Shown here: positions 34,254-48,223 of the stretch, piece after piece
Position numbering within the stretch: the stretch's first letter is position 1
How the letters are laid out: each line of letters opens with the position of its first letter
Source of the DNA: Podospora anserina
Taxonomy: Eukaryota
Direction of reading: 5' to 3'
Assembly: GCA_017654855.1 (NCBI GenBank)
Contig: CM030333.1
Span: forward strand, 4,340,001-4,404,000
Length of the DNA: 64,000 nt
Notes under the pieces: generated by a model
Seen by the model: only the letters and a program-made list of their open reading frames with translations
Databases searched by the model: none
What the model was told of the DNA's origin: nothing
Translations under genes and position numbers: made by a program

Positions 34254-35196
34254 ATGTCCCACGTTTCCCCAGCTGGGCTCTTCGCCCACGACTCTACCGC
34301 TCCTCCTGCCAGCAACAGAGTTCTGCCTCTGTTTTCCCTCGCTGGAAAGACCGCCATCGTCTCGGGCGCCACAGCTGGTATCGGTTACGCTGTTGCTCAG
34401 GGGTTCGCCGAAGCGGGCGCCAACGTGGCGATATGGTACAACTCCAAGAAGGAGCAGGCTGAGGCTGCCGCAGCCGAGATCGAGAAGGACTTTGGCGTCA
34501 AGTGTAAGCCCCTTTCTCAGTCACCTACCTTCACCACCATGGAAACCTAACACACAACCCTCCCAAACAGGCAAAGCCTACCAAGTAAACGTCGCCTCCT
34601 TCCCCGCCGTCTCCTCGGCCATCAACGACCACATCCTCCCCGAGTTCAACTCCCGCCTCGACATCTTCGTCGCCAACTCGGGCATCGCCTGGGAAGACGG
34701 CCCCATGCTCGACGGCGTGGCCGAGGACCGCATCAAGCGCTACAAGGAAATCATCGACACCAACCTCGACGGCACCTTCTACTGCGCCAGAGTGGCCGGG
34801 GAGATCTTCCGCCGGCAGAAGCAAGAGGGGCTCGAGGGGTTCACCTACGGCAGCTTCATTGCTACGGCGAGCATGAGCGGGAGCATTGTGAACATCCCCC
34901 AGCTGCAGACGGCGTATAATGCGAGCAAGGCGGGCGTGATTCACTTGGTCAAGAGTCTGGCGGTGGAGTGGGTTGGTTTCGCGAGGGCGAACACGGTGAG
35001 CCCGGGGTACATTGTTACGGAGATTAGCAAGTTTTGCGATGAGGGGACGAAGAGGGCTTGGAGGGATAAGATTCCGATGGGGAGGGAGGGGATGCCGAAT
35101 GAGTTGAAGGGGGCGTATTTGTATCTGGCGAGCGATGCGGCTTCGTATACTACGGGGATTGATTTGGTGGTGGATGGTGGGTATTGCGCTCCTTGA
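34254..35196 (+). CDS. Short-chain dehydrogenase, L-xylulose/sorbose reductase (NADP mannitol dehydrogenase)-like
   Basis: SGATAGIG, ANSG, ASMSG, YNASK, NTVSPGY, GREG..ELKGAYLYLASDAASYTTG; intron 34504-34570. Confidence 0.9.
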
Positions 35197-36187
35197 GGGG
35201 CTTCATAGAGAAACAGAGTTCGGTTTCTGATGTTCAATGCTCGGACTTGATCTGGTGTAAGTCAATGGACTGGTGCCAACTGGCAGTCAGCTGCTGCCGG
35301 TGAACCCCTAATATATGCCTTGGCAAGCCAGATACCAGACCGACCCAACCTCACCGCTGAGGCTCCAAAAGTTTGGAGCCTTGTGCTACCTGCCGATAAC
35401 GTTCTCTCAATTCGGGCACGCGATAGCATTTACATCAAGTTGCCTGTGCCCCGTGTCTACCTCCAGTGTTCCAGACGTATTTACTTGACAAAAGACTCTC
35501 TGTTTGGGCCTTCTGAATGGGCCAGACCCGAGCCCATTTTTAGCAGAAGCGGGCCTCTCTTATTCTCCCCCCCACTGTAAAGCCAGGGGACCGTGATAGT
35601 GTTAAAAGTTGGGTGGATTACACCTTTGAATAACTGTATCGTTGGTGATTTGCTTTGAAAGCAACAAACGCCAGAGGGAGGCAAAAAAACCACGAGACCC
35701 GATTCCGCCTTTCTCAGCTTTCTGGAAAAGCCAGTCTCGTCCCAACCACAGCTCACCTCTCGCCAATTCGGTGAAACAACCAAGGTACCCCTCCCCTCCT
35801 CCCGCCGCCCCAGCAGCTTTCTGGAGCTCGCCCACACCCACTCTCCTTGCTCCTTCGCAAGAGGACCAACTGGGAAAGTCGCCTCTCTCTCTGTCCGACC
35901 GCCGACCGCCCAACTGCTGCTTGCCTTCAGCCTTACCCATCTGACAATCCCAAAATCCGCTTTCAAACTTCAATCAAACGGCGGCTTTGGCGACTTGCAC
36001 ACACACCCCGCACCCTGCAACATTTTAAGGGGAGCCCGACCGACTGTCCAACCGGCGACCCCCTTTACAGCCTTACTCCCCGTAATCCTCCCTCTTTGCC
36101 GCCGATAGTAAGAGTATCGATAGTCGATAGTATCTTTTCCTCCTCCCACTCCCCCAGCCTATTCAGTTCTCAACGACGTCGATCAAC

Positions 36188-38058
36188 ATGGACACCGAGG
36201 ACGCCGGCGCCCAGGGCTTCGACCCCCGCACCCAGCAGGTCGACAACGCCATCCGCGCCATACAGCAGAAGAAGCCGCTCCCTGAGATTGACTTTACCAT
36301 TCATGTGATGGAGGATGGCACTCAGGTCAGCACCCAGGAGAGAGTCTGCAAAGGTAGAGAACAACTCTCTCGACCCATTCAAGTACTGGTACTGACATTG
36401 TTACCCCCTCCCATCCAGATGTGCAAGCTCCCGCCATGTACAAGCCCACCGACGACCAATTCTTCGAGGACGAGTCGCAACAAAAGCCCAACATTCAGTT
36501 CCTAAAGCAGCACTTCTACCGCGAGGGCCGCTTGACTGAGGAGCAGGCGCTATGGATCCTCAAGAAGGGCACCGAGATCCTCCGCGCCGAGCCCAACCTA
36601 CTCGAGATGGACGCGCCCATCACCGTCTGCGGTGACGTCCACGGCCAGTACTACGACTTGATGAAGCTGTTTGAGGTCGGCGGCGACCCGGCGGAGACGA
36701 GGTATCTGTTCTTGGGCGACTATGTCGACCGTGGCTACTTCAGTATCGAGTGCGTGTTGTACCTGTGGGCGCTCAAGATTCACTACCCCAAGTCTCTGTG
36801 GCTGCTGCGTGGCAACCACGAGTGTCGCCACCTGACGGATTACTTCACCTTCAAGCTCGAGTGCAAGCACAAGTACTCCGAGGCCATCTACGAGGCATGC
36901 ATGGAGTCGTTCTGTTCGTTGCCGCTGGCGGCTGTCATGAACAAGCAGTTTTTGTGCATCCACGGCGGTCTCAGCCCGGAGCTGCACACGCTGGATGACA
37001 TTAGAAATATCGACCGCTTCCGCGAACCCCCCACCCAAGGCCTAATGTGCGACATCCTCTGGGCCGACCCCCTCGAGGACTTTGGCCAAGAAAAAACCAC
37101 CGACTACTTCCACCACAACCACGTCCGCGGCTGCTCCTACTTCTTCTCCTACCCGGCCGCCTGCCACTTCCTCGAGAAGAACAATCTGCTCTCTGTCATC
37201 CGCGCCCACGAGGCCCAGGACGCGGGGTACCGAATGTACCGTAAGACCCGCACAACGGGCTTCCCCTCGGTCATGACCATCTTTTCCGCCCCCAACTATC
37301 TGGACGTGTACAACAACAAGGCGGCGGTTCTAAAGTACGAGAATAACGTCATGAACATTAGACAGTTCAACTGCACCCCCCACCCGTACTGGCTCCCCAA
37401 CTTCATGGACGTCTTCACCTGGTCGCTGCCCTTTGTGGGAGAAAAGATCACGGACATGTTGATTGCCATCCTGTCAACCTGCTCCGAGGAGGAACTCCGC
37501 GAGGAATCATCCGCCTCCTCGCCCGGTCCAGTATCCCCCCCCTTGCCCTCGGCCTCGAGCGTCGGGAGCCAAGATCCGGAATCGATCGAATTCAAGAGAC
37601 GTGCGATCAAGAACAAGATTTTGGCCATCGGACGACTGTCGAGGGTCTTCCAGGTTTTGAGAGAGGAATCCGAGAAGGTGTCGGAGCTCAAGACGGTCAG
37701 CGGCGGGAGATTGCCCGCCGGCACGCTGATGCTCGGCGCCGAGGGGATCAAGAATGCGATTTCGAGCTTTGAGGACGCCAGGAAGGTGGACATTCAGAAC
37801 GAGAGGCTGCCGCCTAGCCATGACGAGGTGCAGAAGCAGAAGGACGAGGAGCACGCCCAGGCGCTGGAGCGGGCGACGAGGGAGGCGGAGCAGGATAAGA
37901 AGTTGCAGACGCTGAGTAGGAGGTTGAGCACGTGAGTTTTTTCTCTTCTTTTTTCCCTTTCCCTCCAAGTCATGAGTTATTTTTTTTTTGGCTTGGTTGA
38001 TTTTGTTTTTGCGAGAAACTAATACGGGGTATCTTGGTACTAATACAGGGGTGAATAA
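36188..38058 (+). CDS. CNA1: Calcineurin catalytic subunit A (PP2B)
   Basis: [43 protein letters not shown], calmodulin-binding [10 protein letters not shown], autoinhibitory [17 protein letters not shown]; introns 36353-36418 and 37932-38048. Confidence 0.97.
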
Positions 38059-38738
38059 AATAGGGATCGCAAGCGGTAGTCGATTCCAAGCTTTTGCTCT
38101 TGTGTTTTTGGCTTTTGGAAGAAGAATGGAGGTGGTGATCAGGAAACGGGGAAAGAGTTGGCTGTGTTGGTTGGTTAAGTGGATGAATGATGGGCTGGAT
38201 CCGTGTACTGTCCAAGTCAGTGTGTGTGTGTGTGGGTTGTGTGAGTGTGTGTGGGTGTGTGTTCAATAAAGGGTCGCGGCGAGAAAGATACTACCTACAT
38301 ATTTTTCCTCTCTCAACTTCTCACACCTAAATCACACACAGTATCCGTATGAAAGTAATGTCAGATATATCGGGTATTTGTTGCAAACCTCTCTTTCACT
38401 GCGGTCACATGCAAAACAAACGAGGTTAAAAATAACAATCCATACAAGTTCCTATCGATCATGCCCCTCCCTATGAACCAAGTCCCATCCATCCATCGTC
38501 CGTCCATCTTTGCTTGCTCTCTCTCTCTCACAAATGTTCGCCATCAGGTCGTCCCACACTGCACAACCAAAACCTCCTTAGTCAAGGAGGCGAGGGCGTA
38601 TCCTTCACGCTCCTCCACTCTTCTCGACTTCACAAATATAACAAAATGAAAAACCACCCCCAACCACACACACCATCCATCATCCCAGAAAAAAATTGAA
38701 TGCCCCATTTTTCTTTCCATCAATAGGCCTGAGAAACC

Positions 38739-38739
38739 A

Positions 38740-38766
<27 letters not shown>
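38739..38766. repeat. Poly(A) tract between convergent CNA1 and UBP15 3' ends
   Basis: ~28 consecutive A. Confidence 0.85.
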
Positions 38767-38770
<4 letters not shown>

Positions 38771-38935
38771 AAAAAACCCAAGCTAACAAAACGAGCGCCC
38801 CGATAAAACACTGACAGGGATGTACATATACAACGCGCTGCCGCTGTGTCTCTAACAACATCGAGCAGCAACAACGATCATCATCTACATAAAACAATAA
38901 CCGCACCTTGTCTACTACTTCCAAAGTTTCAAAAC

Positions 38936-41900
38936 TCAGCCCTTGAGGAACAAGTCTCCAGCGCCGTTCCGTGTTGTTCGTGCCCGATCGGGGTGGTCTA
39001 ATCCCAACAGATCATCCGTGTTCGTTGCAATGTCCCACAGAATATCGTCTACATCAACGACATGTTAGCCGCCATAAACAAAGACAGAAAGAGAGAGGTC
39101 CAAAATAAAACTTACCATCTTCCAAATATTGAGGTCGTGAGAATGATGATCTCCGGATCACAGCAAATTTGATCTTCTCAAAACTCTTGCCCTTGATACC
39201 AGTGCGCTGTTCCAGCCGCTTCTTGGTGTCGGCAAACTTCTCTCCTTCCTTGACCAAGAATCGGAACGGGATTCCATGCGCTCTGCTGGGCTCGCCGTGG
39301 AAGTGGAAGCAGGAAATGAAGTTTGCTTGGTCCGAAACCGCAGCATCCTCAGCGGGCATCCGCTCAGCTATCACCGACGTGTAATCGTTAATGCTGAGCA
39401 CCGAATAGTCTCTGGCCAGATCTCTGAACCACTTGTGATGACTGCTAGTTTCATAGACGCGGATCTTGCCCGCCTCTTCCTCGCTGGGAATTTTGGCCTT
39501 CTTGACCAGAGCCTCGATAAGGTCTTCCACCTGGCCGCTCTTGGGCACCAACACATCGAACTGCTCCTCCTTGGTGATGCCCTCACTCAGCCACGTGATT
39601 TTGATGCTCTTCTTGGTATCCAACTCGGCCAAGCTCATGTCGAGCACCTCAAAATACAGAGCATCGTTACGCTGATTCATGTTAAGTTGTCCGTAACCGG
39701 CCGGGATGAGGATGTTGGCCAACGACTGATGCCCACGCTTCACCGCCGTCCGGGGGTTGTTAGAGCTAGCATTAACCGTGTAAAACCGCAGGTGCGTTGG
39801 CTCAACGTTGAGCTTCTCACCAACCTTCTCACACAGCTTGTCGTAGTTCATTTTCGTGTTGAGAACCAGACTGAACTCCGGGTACTGCTTGGGATCGCAC
39901 TTCTGGGGGTGAGCGTGGAAATCCACATTCTTCTTGTTGTTGAGAAAGTCGTAGTAATCCCGAACATCCTCGTAGCGATCGACCGCCCTGATCCTGACAA
40001 AGTAAGCCACTGTGTTCGAAAAGAAGATCAGGATAACAACTTACGTTTCTTCAGAGCCCTGCCTTTCGGCGCCGAGCCCCAATTTGTACTTCTTCTCGTC
40101 ACGGGTTCGCTGGAAGCAAATAATGTCTCCATCTTGAAGCTCGGCAGCTTTCAGCGTCAGCTTGACCTTGAGACCCTCGATCATGCTAGGCTTGATTTCC
40201 TCCCACAACATGATCTTTTCGTCACTGGGCAGCTTCTCGCCCCAGTTCATCTTTTTCAAAATGACCGGAATGAGATCCTCAACCTTCTTTTCCTTGCTGA
40301 AATAAATGTGGCCAACACCCCGCAAGCACTGCGACTCGACGTCGAACCATTTCAGGAAGAGTAGGATCAAGTCATTTTTGACAACCACACCATTCGGGAG
40401 CCCGGGATAGGTCGGCCAGACGGCAGCCCCATCAGCGTCGACTTCGTCAGCAATTTCAACCCACACACGGAGCGCTTGATCCCGGTGTGCCGTGGCTCTG
40501 CTGTACGTCTCTTCGACTGTCGGGCGAAGATCCATCACTGGCTGGTCTGGTCTGACTGTCTTGTTTTGCCGGTTCACCATGATCCATAATCGCACGCGTC
40601 TTGGATCCTCTCCAATGTCGGCGGCTATCTCGTTGGCCAAGTCTGCCATTGACGCCGTGCGAAGGAGCTTGTACTGCTTGTAGGAGCCCGGCTCCGAACC
40701 CACGGCGGCATCAAATGCCGTCAGGTCAACTCCGCCATGAGCCTTGAACGTCTCATCTGTGACGGCTTTGACCCCGAGGTAAAGGTGTTGTTCTTCTCTC
40801 TCCTTGCGCTTAGCTTCACGGGCAGCATGTTCTTGCTCGAACTTTTTCTGGAGGTGTTCCGGAGCATCGGCTGGCGTGACAGGGCAGAGAATCTTGTCCA
40901 ATCTCGACTTCCGGATGTAAACCAGCATGTAGGCGCTGTTTGGCCGCATGATGGGTTGTTTCTTGGCGTTGAGTTGGGGACGGCCACCAGTTGTCTTGTA
41001 GAAGCCGCCAAAGTTCTCCTCCAGGACCTCGCGTTTCGTGGCCTTGGTGACCTTATCATCGTCATATTTGTACCACCAGCCATCCTTTTCTGGTTTCAGG
41101 AACGCATAGTAGTGACCCGCATTGAGATCACCGCTGTGTACCAGAACACCGTGAAGCTCGTATTCCCATGGCTCGGACCTATCAGCCTCCTTTGACAGAT
41201 AGGCCGAGGCATCAAACTCCTCGGGAAACTCGTAGCGATCATTGATCTTCATCATAGTGTCGAGGTTGATGTCGTACTCGAACCGCTTCAGCTGCAAATG
41301 GAGGACGTCCGGGAAGCTGTTGAAGATGACTCCCTTGTCGGCGTCCTGCAACTTGTACGTGTCTCCGGCAAAGTACTGGTTTTCTCCGTCGAGCTTCTCC
41401 ACCTGGATGTAGTCTTGAAAACTATCCAGCAGATTCGCGTTCCCGCTGACATTAAGCTGAACGTCCCAAAAGTCCTCGACGCGACTTGATTCGTAGGGGA
41501 CGTTGATGCAGGAGATGTAGGTTTTGATCTTGCCGCTGAACATCATGGGAAGCGCCTTTTCCAGGTCGGTGCCCTTCATCTTGTCCTCCATACGCTCCAT
41601 GAGCTTCCTAGAAAGCTCTTGCACATCTTGCTGCTCAAAAATGTGCCGCGTTTCCCAGCCAAAAGACTTGGTGAGCTCGTTGGTGCTAACAGCGACGTTC
41701 GAAGTCTGAAGTTGGTAGAAGAGTCTCTGCAGTGTATAAGCGCTGTTTTTCATATCCTCTTCGTGCTCTGTGGGGATGCTGTAAATGGCCTTGCGGAACG
41801 CATTGGTAAAGTATAATGACTGGAGGAGTGAGTTGAGGTAACAGGTAGCGCCTTGGTTCTTAAGACCAACGTAGCCAGTCTCCTTCTTGGAATCGTAGTT

Positions 41901-42962
41901 GTTGAAGTTGTGCCATAAAACGCCCGTTTCGTCCTCGACAACTCTGACGAAAGCGGTGATGTTGGCAGCATCGTTTTCCACCAGAGGCCTGTCTGCAGTC
42001 TCCCAGACAACATTGAACATCTTCCGGCACTCCAGAAACCTAGTGAAGCCCCAGTCGCTCTCCTCCTTGGTGAATCGATGATGCGCCGAGTGATGAAACA
42101 TTAAGGATGGGTCTTTGGGATTCCACAGGACGAGGGCAAACTGCACACAGCAGCTCCAGTTGTCGGGAACACTGTTGGTGTCGAAACCATGCTCCAGGTA
42201 AATGGAGCACTGGTCCAAGACATTATTGCCGTGTGGAAAGAGTAGGATCCGCCTGTCGAGTGTCAGAAAAAAAACCAAAACCAATCAGATAGCCATTGCT
42301 CACCATGGGTAACCTCCAGCCTGGAATATGGGCCCTCGCTCCTTCTTATTCATCGTGCGCCATCCTTGCACTTCCCAGGTGTGGACGACATCTTCGAGAA
42401 TCCGGGGCTCTTCGGCGAGCGGAGGAAGCACTATTTCCTTCATGGCATCACCTATCACGGGGTCAGCACTGCCGGGCGTGGGACAACAAGTGGCAGGTCG
42501 GGTGTGTTCAAACATACTATCTGTGGCGAGTACAACATCCGTCTCCATGCTGTCGGGATTGATGATGGCGACATCTTCGGACTCGGTGCCGTTTGGCTCG
42601 ACGATATGTTCTTCGGGTTGGTCTAGCAGCATGGCATTCGGCGACACAGCGTCGCCATTGTGCTGGTTGTCGGCCTGAAGAGTCAGGTTAGCAAAGCCGG
42701 GGATTGGTGAGGCCGAGAGGAGGGGATCGGGCCCAGTCATGACGGCAATCTTGGGGAATAGTTGCAAAATGATTTGGTGGGAAATGTGTCGCAGAGAGTA
42801 TTGTGTAGAACTGCTCAAGGGCTGTTGGTGGAGGGGGAGGAGTGGTTGTCGAGAAAGCAGAAGCGGAGAGTGCGAGAGTGAGAGGGAAAGTCAAAAAACA
42901 AGCAACGAGCGCCTGCTTGTACCTGCAGAATCTTCTTTTCAGACAAGGAAAAGGCTTACCAT
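38936..42962 (-). CDS. UBP15: Ubiquitin-specific protease Ubp15/USP7 (MATH + USP + UBL domains)
   Basis: GGYPW/RILLFPHGN...DWGFTRF (MATH), GLKNQGATCYLNSLLQ, QQDVQE, HSGDLNAGHYY; ends GDLFLKG*; ATG-only first exon at 42962 is inferred. Confidence 0.92.
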
Positions 42963-44445
42963 ATCCTACGACCAAAAGCTACTCTGGCAGTCACTGAGGA
43001 GCAACGTTGATTTCTTTGGGAAGGGGCGACGTCGTGAGCAGGTGACGGAGGTTGCTGGCGACTGTCTAGCTTCCTTGTGAGCCAGTGGGGAGAGAGGGGT
43101 CCACGGATTGGGTGGTTGACGGCTGTCGGGCGATCCGGCACAGCAACTGCAAGCAGCTGTTACGGGGCCAAATTCACCAAGATTCTGGGGGGGCCGGAAC
43201 ACGTCTCTTTCAGGAATCGCGACTTTGCTTCAGGTGGGCGGGATCAAGGGTTGGATGCCCGGCACTCGTGGTGGACTGGGGAAATATGTCCAGGTGGAAT
43301 GGGATCTGGGGAAGGCAAAAAGAAACCCACCTGAACCTCTCTGCTGCCAAATGGCCAAGCGGGCGCAGCATCTGGGCTTGGCCTGACTGTTAAGTCACAA
43401 CCGGTGCATGTGGCGTTCACCACGCTCGCCACTATTGTACAGAGAGCCAGTTCATGTAGCTCCTTAACATGCACAGTTTGAGCCCCGCCATGACGTGGGG
43501 ACAACGAACTAGAAGATAATATCCACAACAGCTTACAAAACGCTGTCAATGTCGCTGTCAATCCTTCTCCAATAATATGGGTGCAAAGTTAACATTTTGA
43601 TTCTTCTTTTTATTCTATAGCCACAAGACATGCTTGCCAAAGACTACAGGTATGAGGTATGTTGTGTCCGTGCTCTTTCAAAAGACAGCTAAGTGGGGAG
43701 CACCGTGTGAATGTACCTACTTGCACACACCTGTGCTTTCAAGGCTCTATGACACTCAGCTTTACAAGCAGTGAAATGAGCTTAGATTCTCTATGGTAGG
43801 TTCTAAATGTCTTTTTCTAAAGATGAAAGCTATGAGAGACTGATCTCTGAGCTAGGAATGAGGCGATATTCAAGCCTGAGGCTGGGCCAACGGCAATAGT
43901 TTTCAGCCACACAAGACACATCTCTCGCAGAGCACAGGCTGAGATCTTGCACAACTCGAGTGGCAATACGTAGGACAAGTACCTGAAAGCCATCCTCAGC
44001 CGAAGTCGAACAACAGCATGTTCAACCGCCTTCTTGTCAGAGCAACGGCAACAGATGAAAGCACATGTCCAAAAGACTTACAAGGCCAGGCGCACGGATC
44101 ATAAGTAACATGTGGGGTAATTAGGTAGATGCCGGTTCCCGTCAGGAAGGAACTACCTCGGGGGAGAGGGCCTGATCTGACTCCCATGCCGCATTGCAAC
44201 CTACTGTGGGCAGACATCATTGTCTTTGAAAGAGAGCTCATGCAACTGCACCATGGCCGCCGGAGCAACGTGTGCGTGTGCTTTTAGAAATAACACCTTC
44301 TCTCCTTGAAACCTGCTCCATGTTGTAGCACCTCCTCCTCTCCACTTTCGCGCCCAATGTAAGACATCTTCATACTGAACGGCTTTGTGAACCAATTCCG
44401 ATCTCGGCCGCCACCTTTTCCTTCACATCGCATGGCACCGACGGT

Positions 44446-45976
44446 ATGCGGCGCCTTCAACATGTCACGGCCGCCGTCCGGTTGAGTAGTAGAGCGGGGG
44501 AGCTGAGAACCTTGGGCGCGGCGGCGGCGGCGGCACTCATTCAGCTGCCAAATCGGCGACACAGTCATAGCAGCAGCCAAAGTCATGCCCATAGTCCAAA
44601 GTGGCGTCCGGTGTCAGTGTTGGATGAGTATGTTGCGCAACCTCAGAGATCCATGTTTCCAAACCTCCAGCCAGTGATCAGTTTCTAACCTTCTTCCTTG
44701 CAGATGGGTTGCAAAAGAGGCCAGGCCCATCAGCCTGCGCCAGCTCATGGTGTTTGGCCGGTCGTTGACAGAATCAAGACTCATCAGCTCAGCCAACTAT
44801 GTTCGGACCGAGCTACCAACACGAATCGCCCACCGTATCCGGGACATGCAGAAGCTCCCCTACGTTGTAGTCACCAACAAGCACTTCAACGAAGTATACG
44901 ACCTATACTACACTGCCTTTGACACCTTCCGCAAAGTCCGCGAGGTCAAAAACTTGGACGACAATGACCGTCTCTGTGCCACCATCCGAACCATGCTCAA
45001 CGCCCACCTAACCGTCATCCCCAAACTCGCCATGGGTATCCTCGAGTGCAACGGCCTCAAAGACGCGGCCGAGCTCGACAAGTTCATGAACACCATCCTC
45101 CGCTCCCGCATCTCCCGAAGAGTAATAGCAGAACAACACCTAGCCCTAACCGAAACCTTTCACGCCCCTTGGTTCTCCCCGGGGGCAAAACTCTCCGAAT
45201 CCGACTTCATAGGCGAGGTCTTTTTGAGATGCGTAGCCAAAGACGTCGTCTCCCGCTGCGGCGACGCCGTCACCTCCATCGCCCGCCGCGCCTACGGCCC
45301 TGACATCGCCCTCCCCGAAATCAAAATCGTCGGCCATCTCGAGGCGAACTTTCCGTACATCCTCTCCCACCTCGAGTACATCATCGGGGAGCTCCTCCGG
45401 AATTCTGTCCAGGCCGTGGTGGAAAAACATCAGAAATCAAAGAACAAATCGGCACAGCCTCCCCCGATAGAGGTCACAATCTGCGAATCAAACCAACACG
45501 TCATCATCCGGATTTCTGACCAAGGAGGGGGGATACCAAGGGAGAGCATGCCCTACCTCTGGTCCTTCTCCAAGGGTCCGGCATCAAAAGAAATCCTTGC
45601 CAACCTGGGGCAAGTCCCCAAGATGGCGGCCACGATGCAGGAGCTCCAGATTGACGACATTAACCCGGAAAGCAACAAGAAAATTGAGACTTTGCATCAG
45701 AAGTACGGGCATCAGAGTGTGCAGTCTTTATCAGCGGAGGAGAAGGAAAGGGAGGACAGGGCCAAGTATAGTTCCTTGGCCAGTCTGTCGTCGAGGCCCC
45801 CGAATTTGAGGTTGGGGATGGGCTTACCGCTGAGCAGGGTGTATGCAGAGTATTGGGCCGGCTCGCTGGCGCTGCACAGCCTGGAGGGGTATGGGGTGGA
45901 TGCGTTTTTGCAGATTAGCAAGCTGGGGAACAAGAATGAGCAGCTGACTACGAGGGCGACGATGGATGCTGTTTAG
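44446..45976 (+). CDS. Mitochondrial branched-chain ketoacid/pyruvate dehydrogenase kinase family (Pkp2-like)
   Basis: ELPTRIAHRIRDMQKLPY, RISRRVIAEQHLAL, ELLRNS, ISDQGGGI, GMGLPLSRVYAEYWAGSL; presequence-like N-terminus; intron ~44628-44703. Confidence 0.9.
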
Positions 45977-46885
45977 TGGGTATCAGTCGGTCTTCCCTGT
46001 CTCGAGCAATATAAAGCGTTTTTGAACACCACCAACAACAAAAAAAGCTGGGGCCGGTAATGAAGAAAGGGTTGTTGAGGCCTCTTGTTTACCGGGTATT
46101 TTGGTTGGGGAATTATGTATACACAAGACACCAAGTTGCTAATGAAATCAATAAAGGTTGGAAATCATCCTGGGCTTTTTATTAACCAAGAATCAGGTTG
46201 GATTGATATGCTGAAATACTTTTCAACCGACAGAGCTTGTCTACTCACACTTTGTCGCCAGCAATGCAATTACAAGTGCCGCCGCATCTTCAAACAAAAA
46301 CTCCCACGCAATGTGTAACAGCCTTTCTCATTATTTGGTATCATGAAAGGGGGAGGGGGAAGGGGTGACTAGACAGACGACTAAAAGACGACTAAATTAC
46401 ATCGTGACTAAGTCTCAAAAAAAAAGTTGTAAAAAAGGAGATAAAAAAAGGGGGAGTTGCTTTCTTTCGCGAGAGAAACAAAAAAAAAAGCTCGATAAAA
46501 AAAGAGAAGAAGGCAGGACGACAAAAAAGAGATATCAAGTATATCTTTTTCCCTCCCCTTTCCCCCCAATGTGTGTAGTCTTTCTTTCTCCGAACACCTT
46601 GCGCATCCTTTTCGAATAAATTTGGCGGAGCAAAAAAAGAAACAACAGCAACGATAGAAAAGTGAAACCCCCGGAGATTATAGGCAACCCAACCAAATCC
46701 GCTTAATCACCGCCGCATCACCCCATAGCAAATTCGTGAGCATATCCATGAAGGCCGAAAGTCGTCACTGTTTGGACAAACAAACGGGCCAAAATGTGTG
46801 TGGTGTCCGGAGGCAGTGGTTTGAAGCAAGGTTGCCCCTGAGAGTCGCCACAAGCTCATCCCAAAGCTCCGGTGGAGACTGCCGT

Positions 46886-48223
46886 TTAGCGGCGCCCGTG
46901 GCTGCGGACAGCGCTGCCTTGCAGCTGCTCCAGATCGCCCTCCAACTGTTTGATCTGGGCATGAGTCTGCTCGAGGTCCTTGTTGAGGCGGTCGCGCTCG
47001 GCAATGAGTTTCTGCTCCCATTGCCTGAAGCGCTGCTCCTCGATCTTGACCTGCTCGGTGAAGCGCTTGCGGAGCGCCTCCTCCTCCTCCTTGAACTTGG
47101 GGTTGTCCAACTTCCGGGGGCGGGCCTCGCCAAACTTGCGCGTCTCCATCTGCTGGGCGCGGTACGCCTCGTAGTGCAACTCCTCGGTCGTGTGGATGAG
47201 GTCCAACATGTGGGTGCGGATCAGGATCGACCGAAGCTTCTTGAAGTCGCAGTGGTCCTCATTCTCAACCTCGGCAACGCCCCACGAATATTGCCGGCCC
47301 TTGACAATACGCCCGTCATTAGTCTTGACGTCCTTCTCAGAGCCGATAACAGCGAAAGGCATAGCCGCCATAAGAGTGCGGGCGTGCTGGGCAGCTGGTT
47401 CGTCGTCCTCCTCAATAGGGGGCTGGTAGATCTTGATGTTTTGGGCCTCGATGACAGCGCGGATCTGAAAGCGGTTGAGTCAGCATGGAGCTCCGCCAAA
47501 CACGGGCAAATTAGGTGTCTCACTCTTGACTTGAACTTGGCCAAGTCGGCCGGACTGAGGGTGTCAGCCTTGGCAATAACTGGGATAAGGTTGACGCGGG
47601 AGCACAGGCGCTTCATGACCTCGATATCGAGAGGCTTAAGAGTGTGGCCGGTGGGGCGGATGAAATACAAGCAGGCGTGTACACGGAGATCGATCTTGTC
47701 CTGACGACGGGGTTGCTGCTCCTGAAGCATGTAGGACTCGTGCTGGTCGTCGAGGAACTCGATAATGGGCATCCACGAGTCTCTGTTGTTGACATAGTCG
47801 CCGAAGCCAGGGGTGTCAATAACGGTGAGGCGGACTGGAACCTAGGTCAGCCATGATCCCGACATCGTTGACTTTGTTTGCCATTATACCCTTGAAGAAC
47901 TTCTCCTCCAACTCGGCCTTGGTGATCTCAATCTCGACGGTCTTGTCCACTTGCTTCTGGTGGCGGCGCTTGTGGTCGGCATAGTTCTTGATGGTGGTGG
48001 AGAAGAGCGTGTTAATGAATGTTGTCTTTCCCAACCCGGACTCGCCAGCAACCTAGATTTTGAAATGACAATAGTAAGCAAACGTCCTCCCCTAACTCTG
48101 TATAACAGTTATGCTCACCATGATGGTGAAAGCGGCGCCCCTCTTCGCAACGATCTTGTGGCGCTGGTTGGGCAGGTTGGCAATGCCAATTGGCGAGGCG
48201 CTCTCCGCGTTAGAAGGGGCCAT
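46886..48223 (-). CDS. CDC12: Septin Cdc12 (AspC)
   Basis: MAPSNAESASPIGIANLPNQRHKIVAKRGAAFTIM/VAGESGLGKTT, DTPGFGD, AKAD, GRQYSWG, C-terminal coiled coil; three introns. Confidence 0.93.

Noticed and set aside
42915-42959. CAG|GTACAA as recursive splice site/stwintron in UBP15 intron 1
   Set aside because: Upstream piece would be only 37 nt with no CTRAY branch point.
46736-47704. Long antisense ORFs over CDC12, PWP2, UBP15, PhoD
   Set aside because: Shadow ORFs expected from GC-rich codon bias on the opposite strand.
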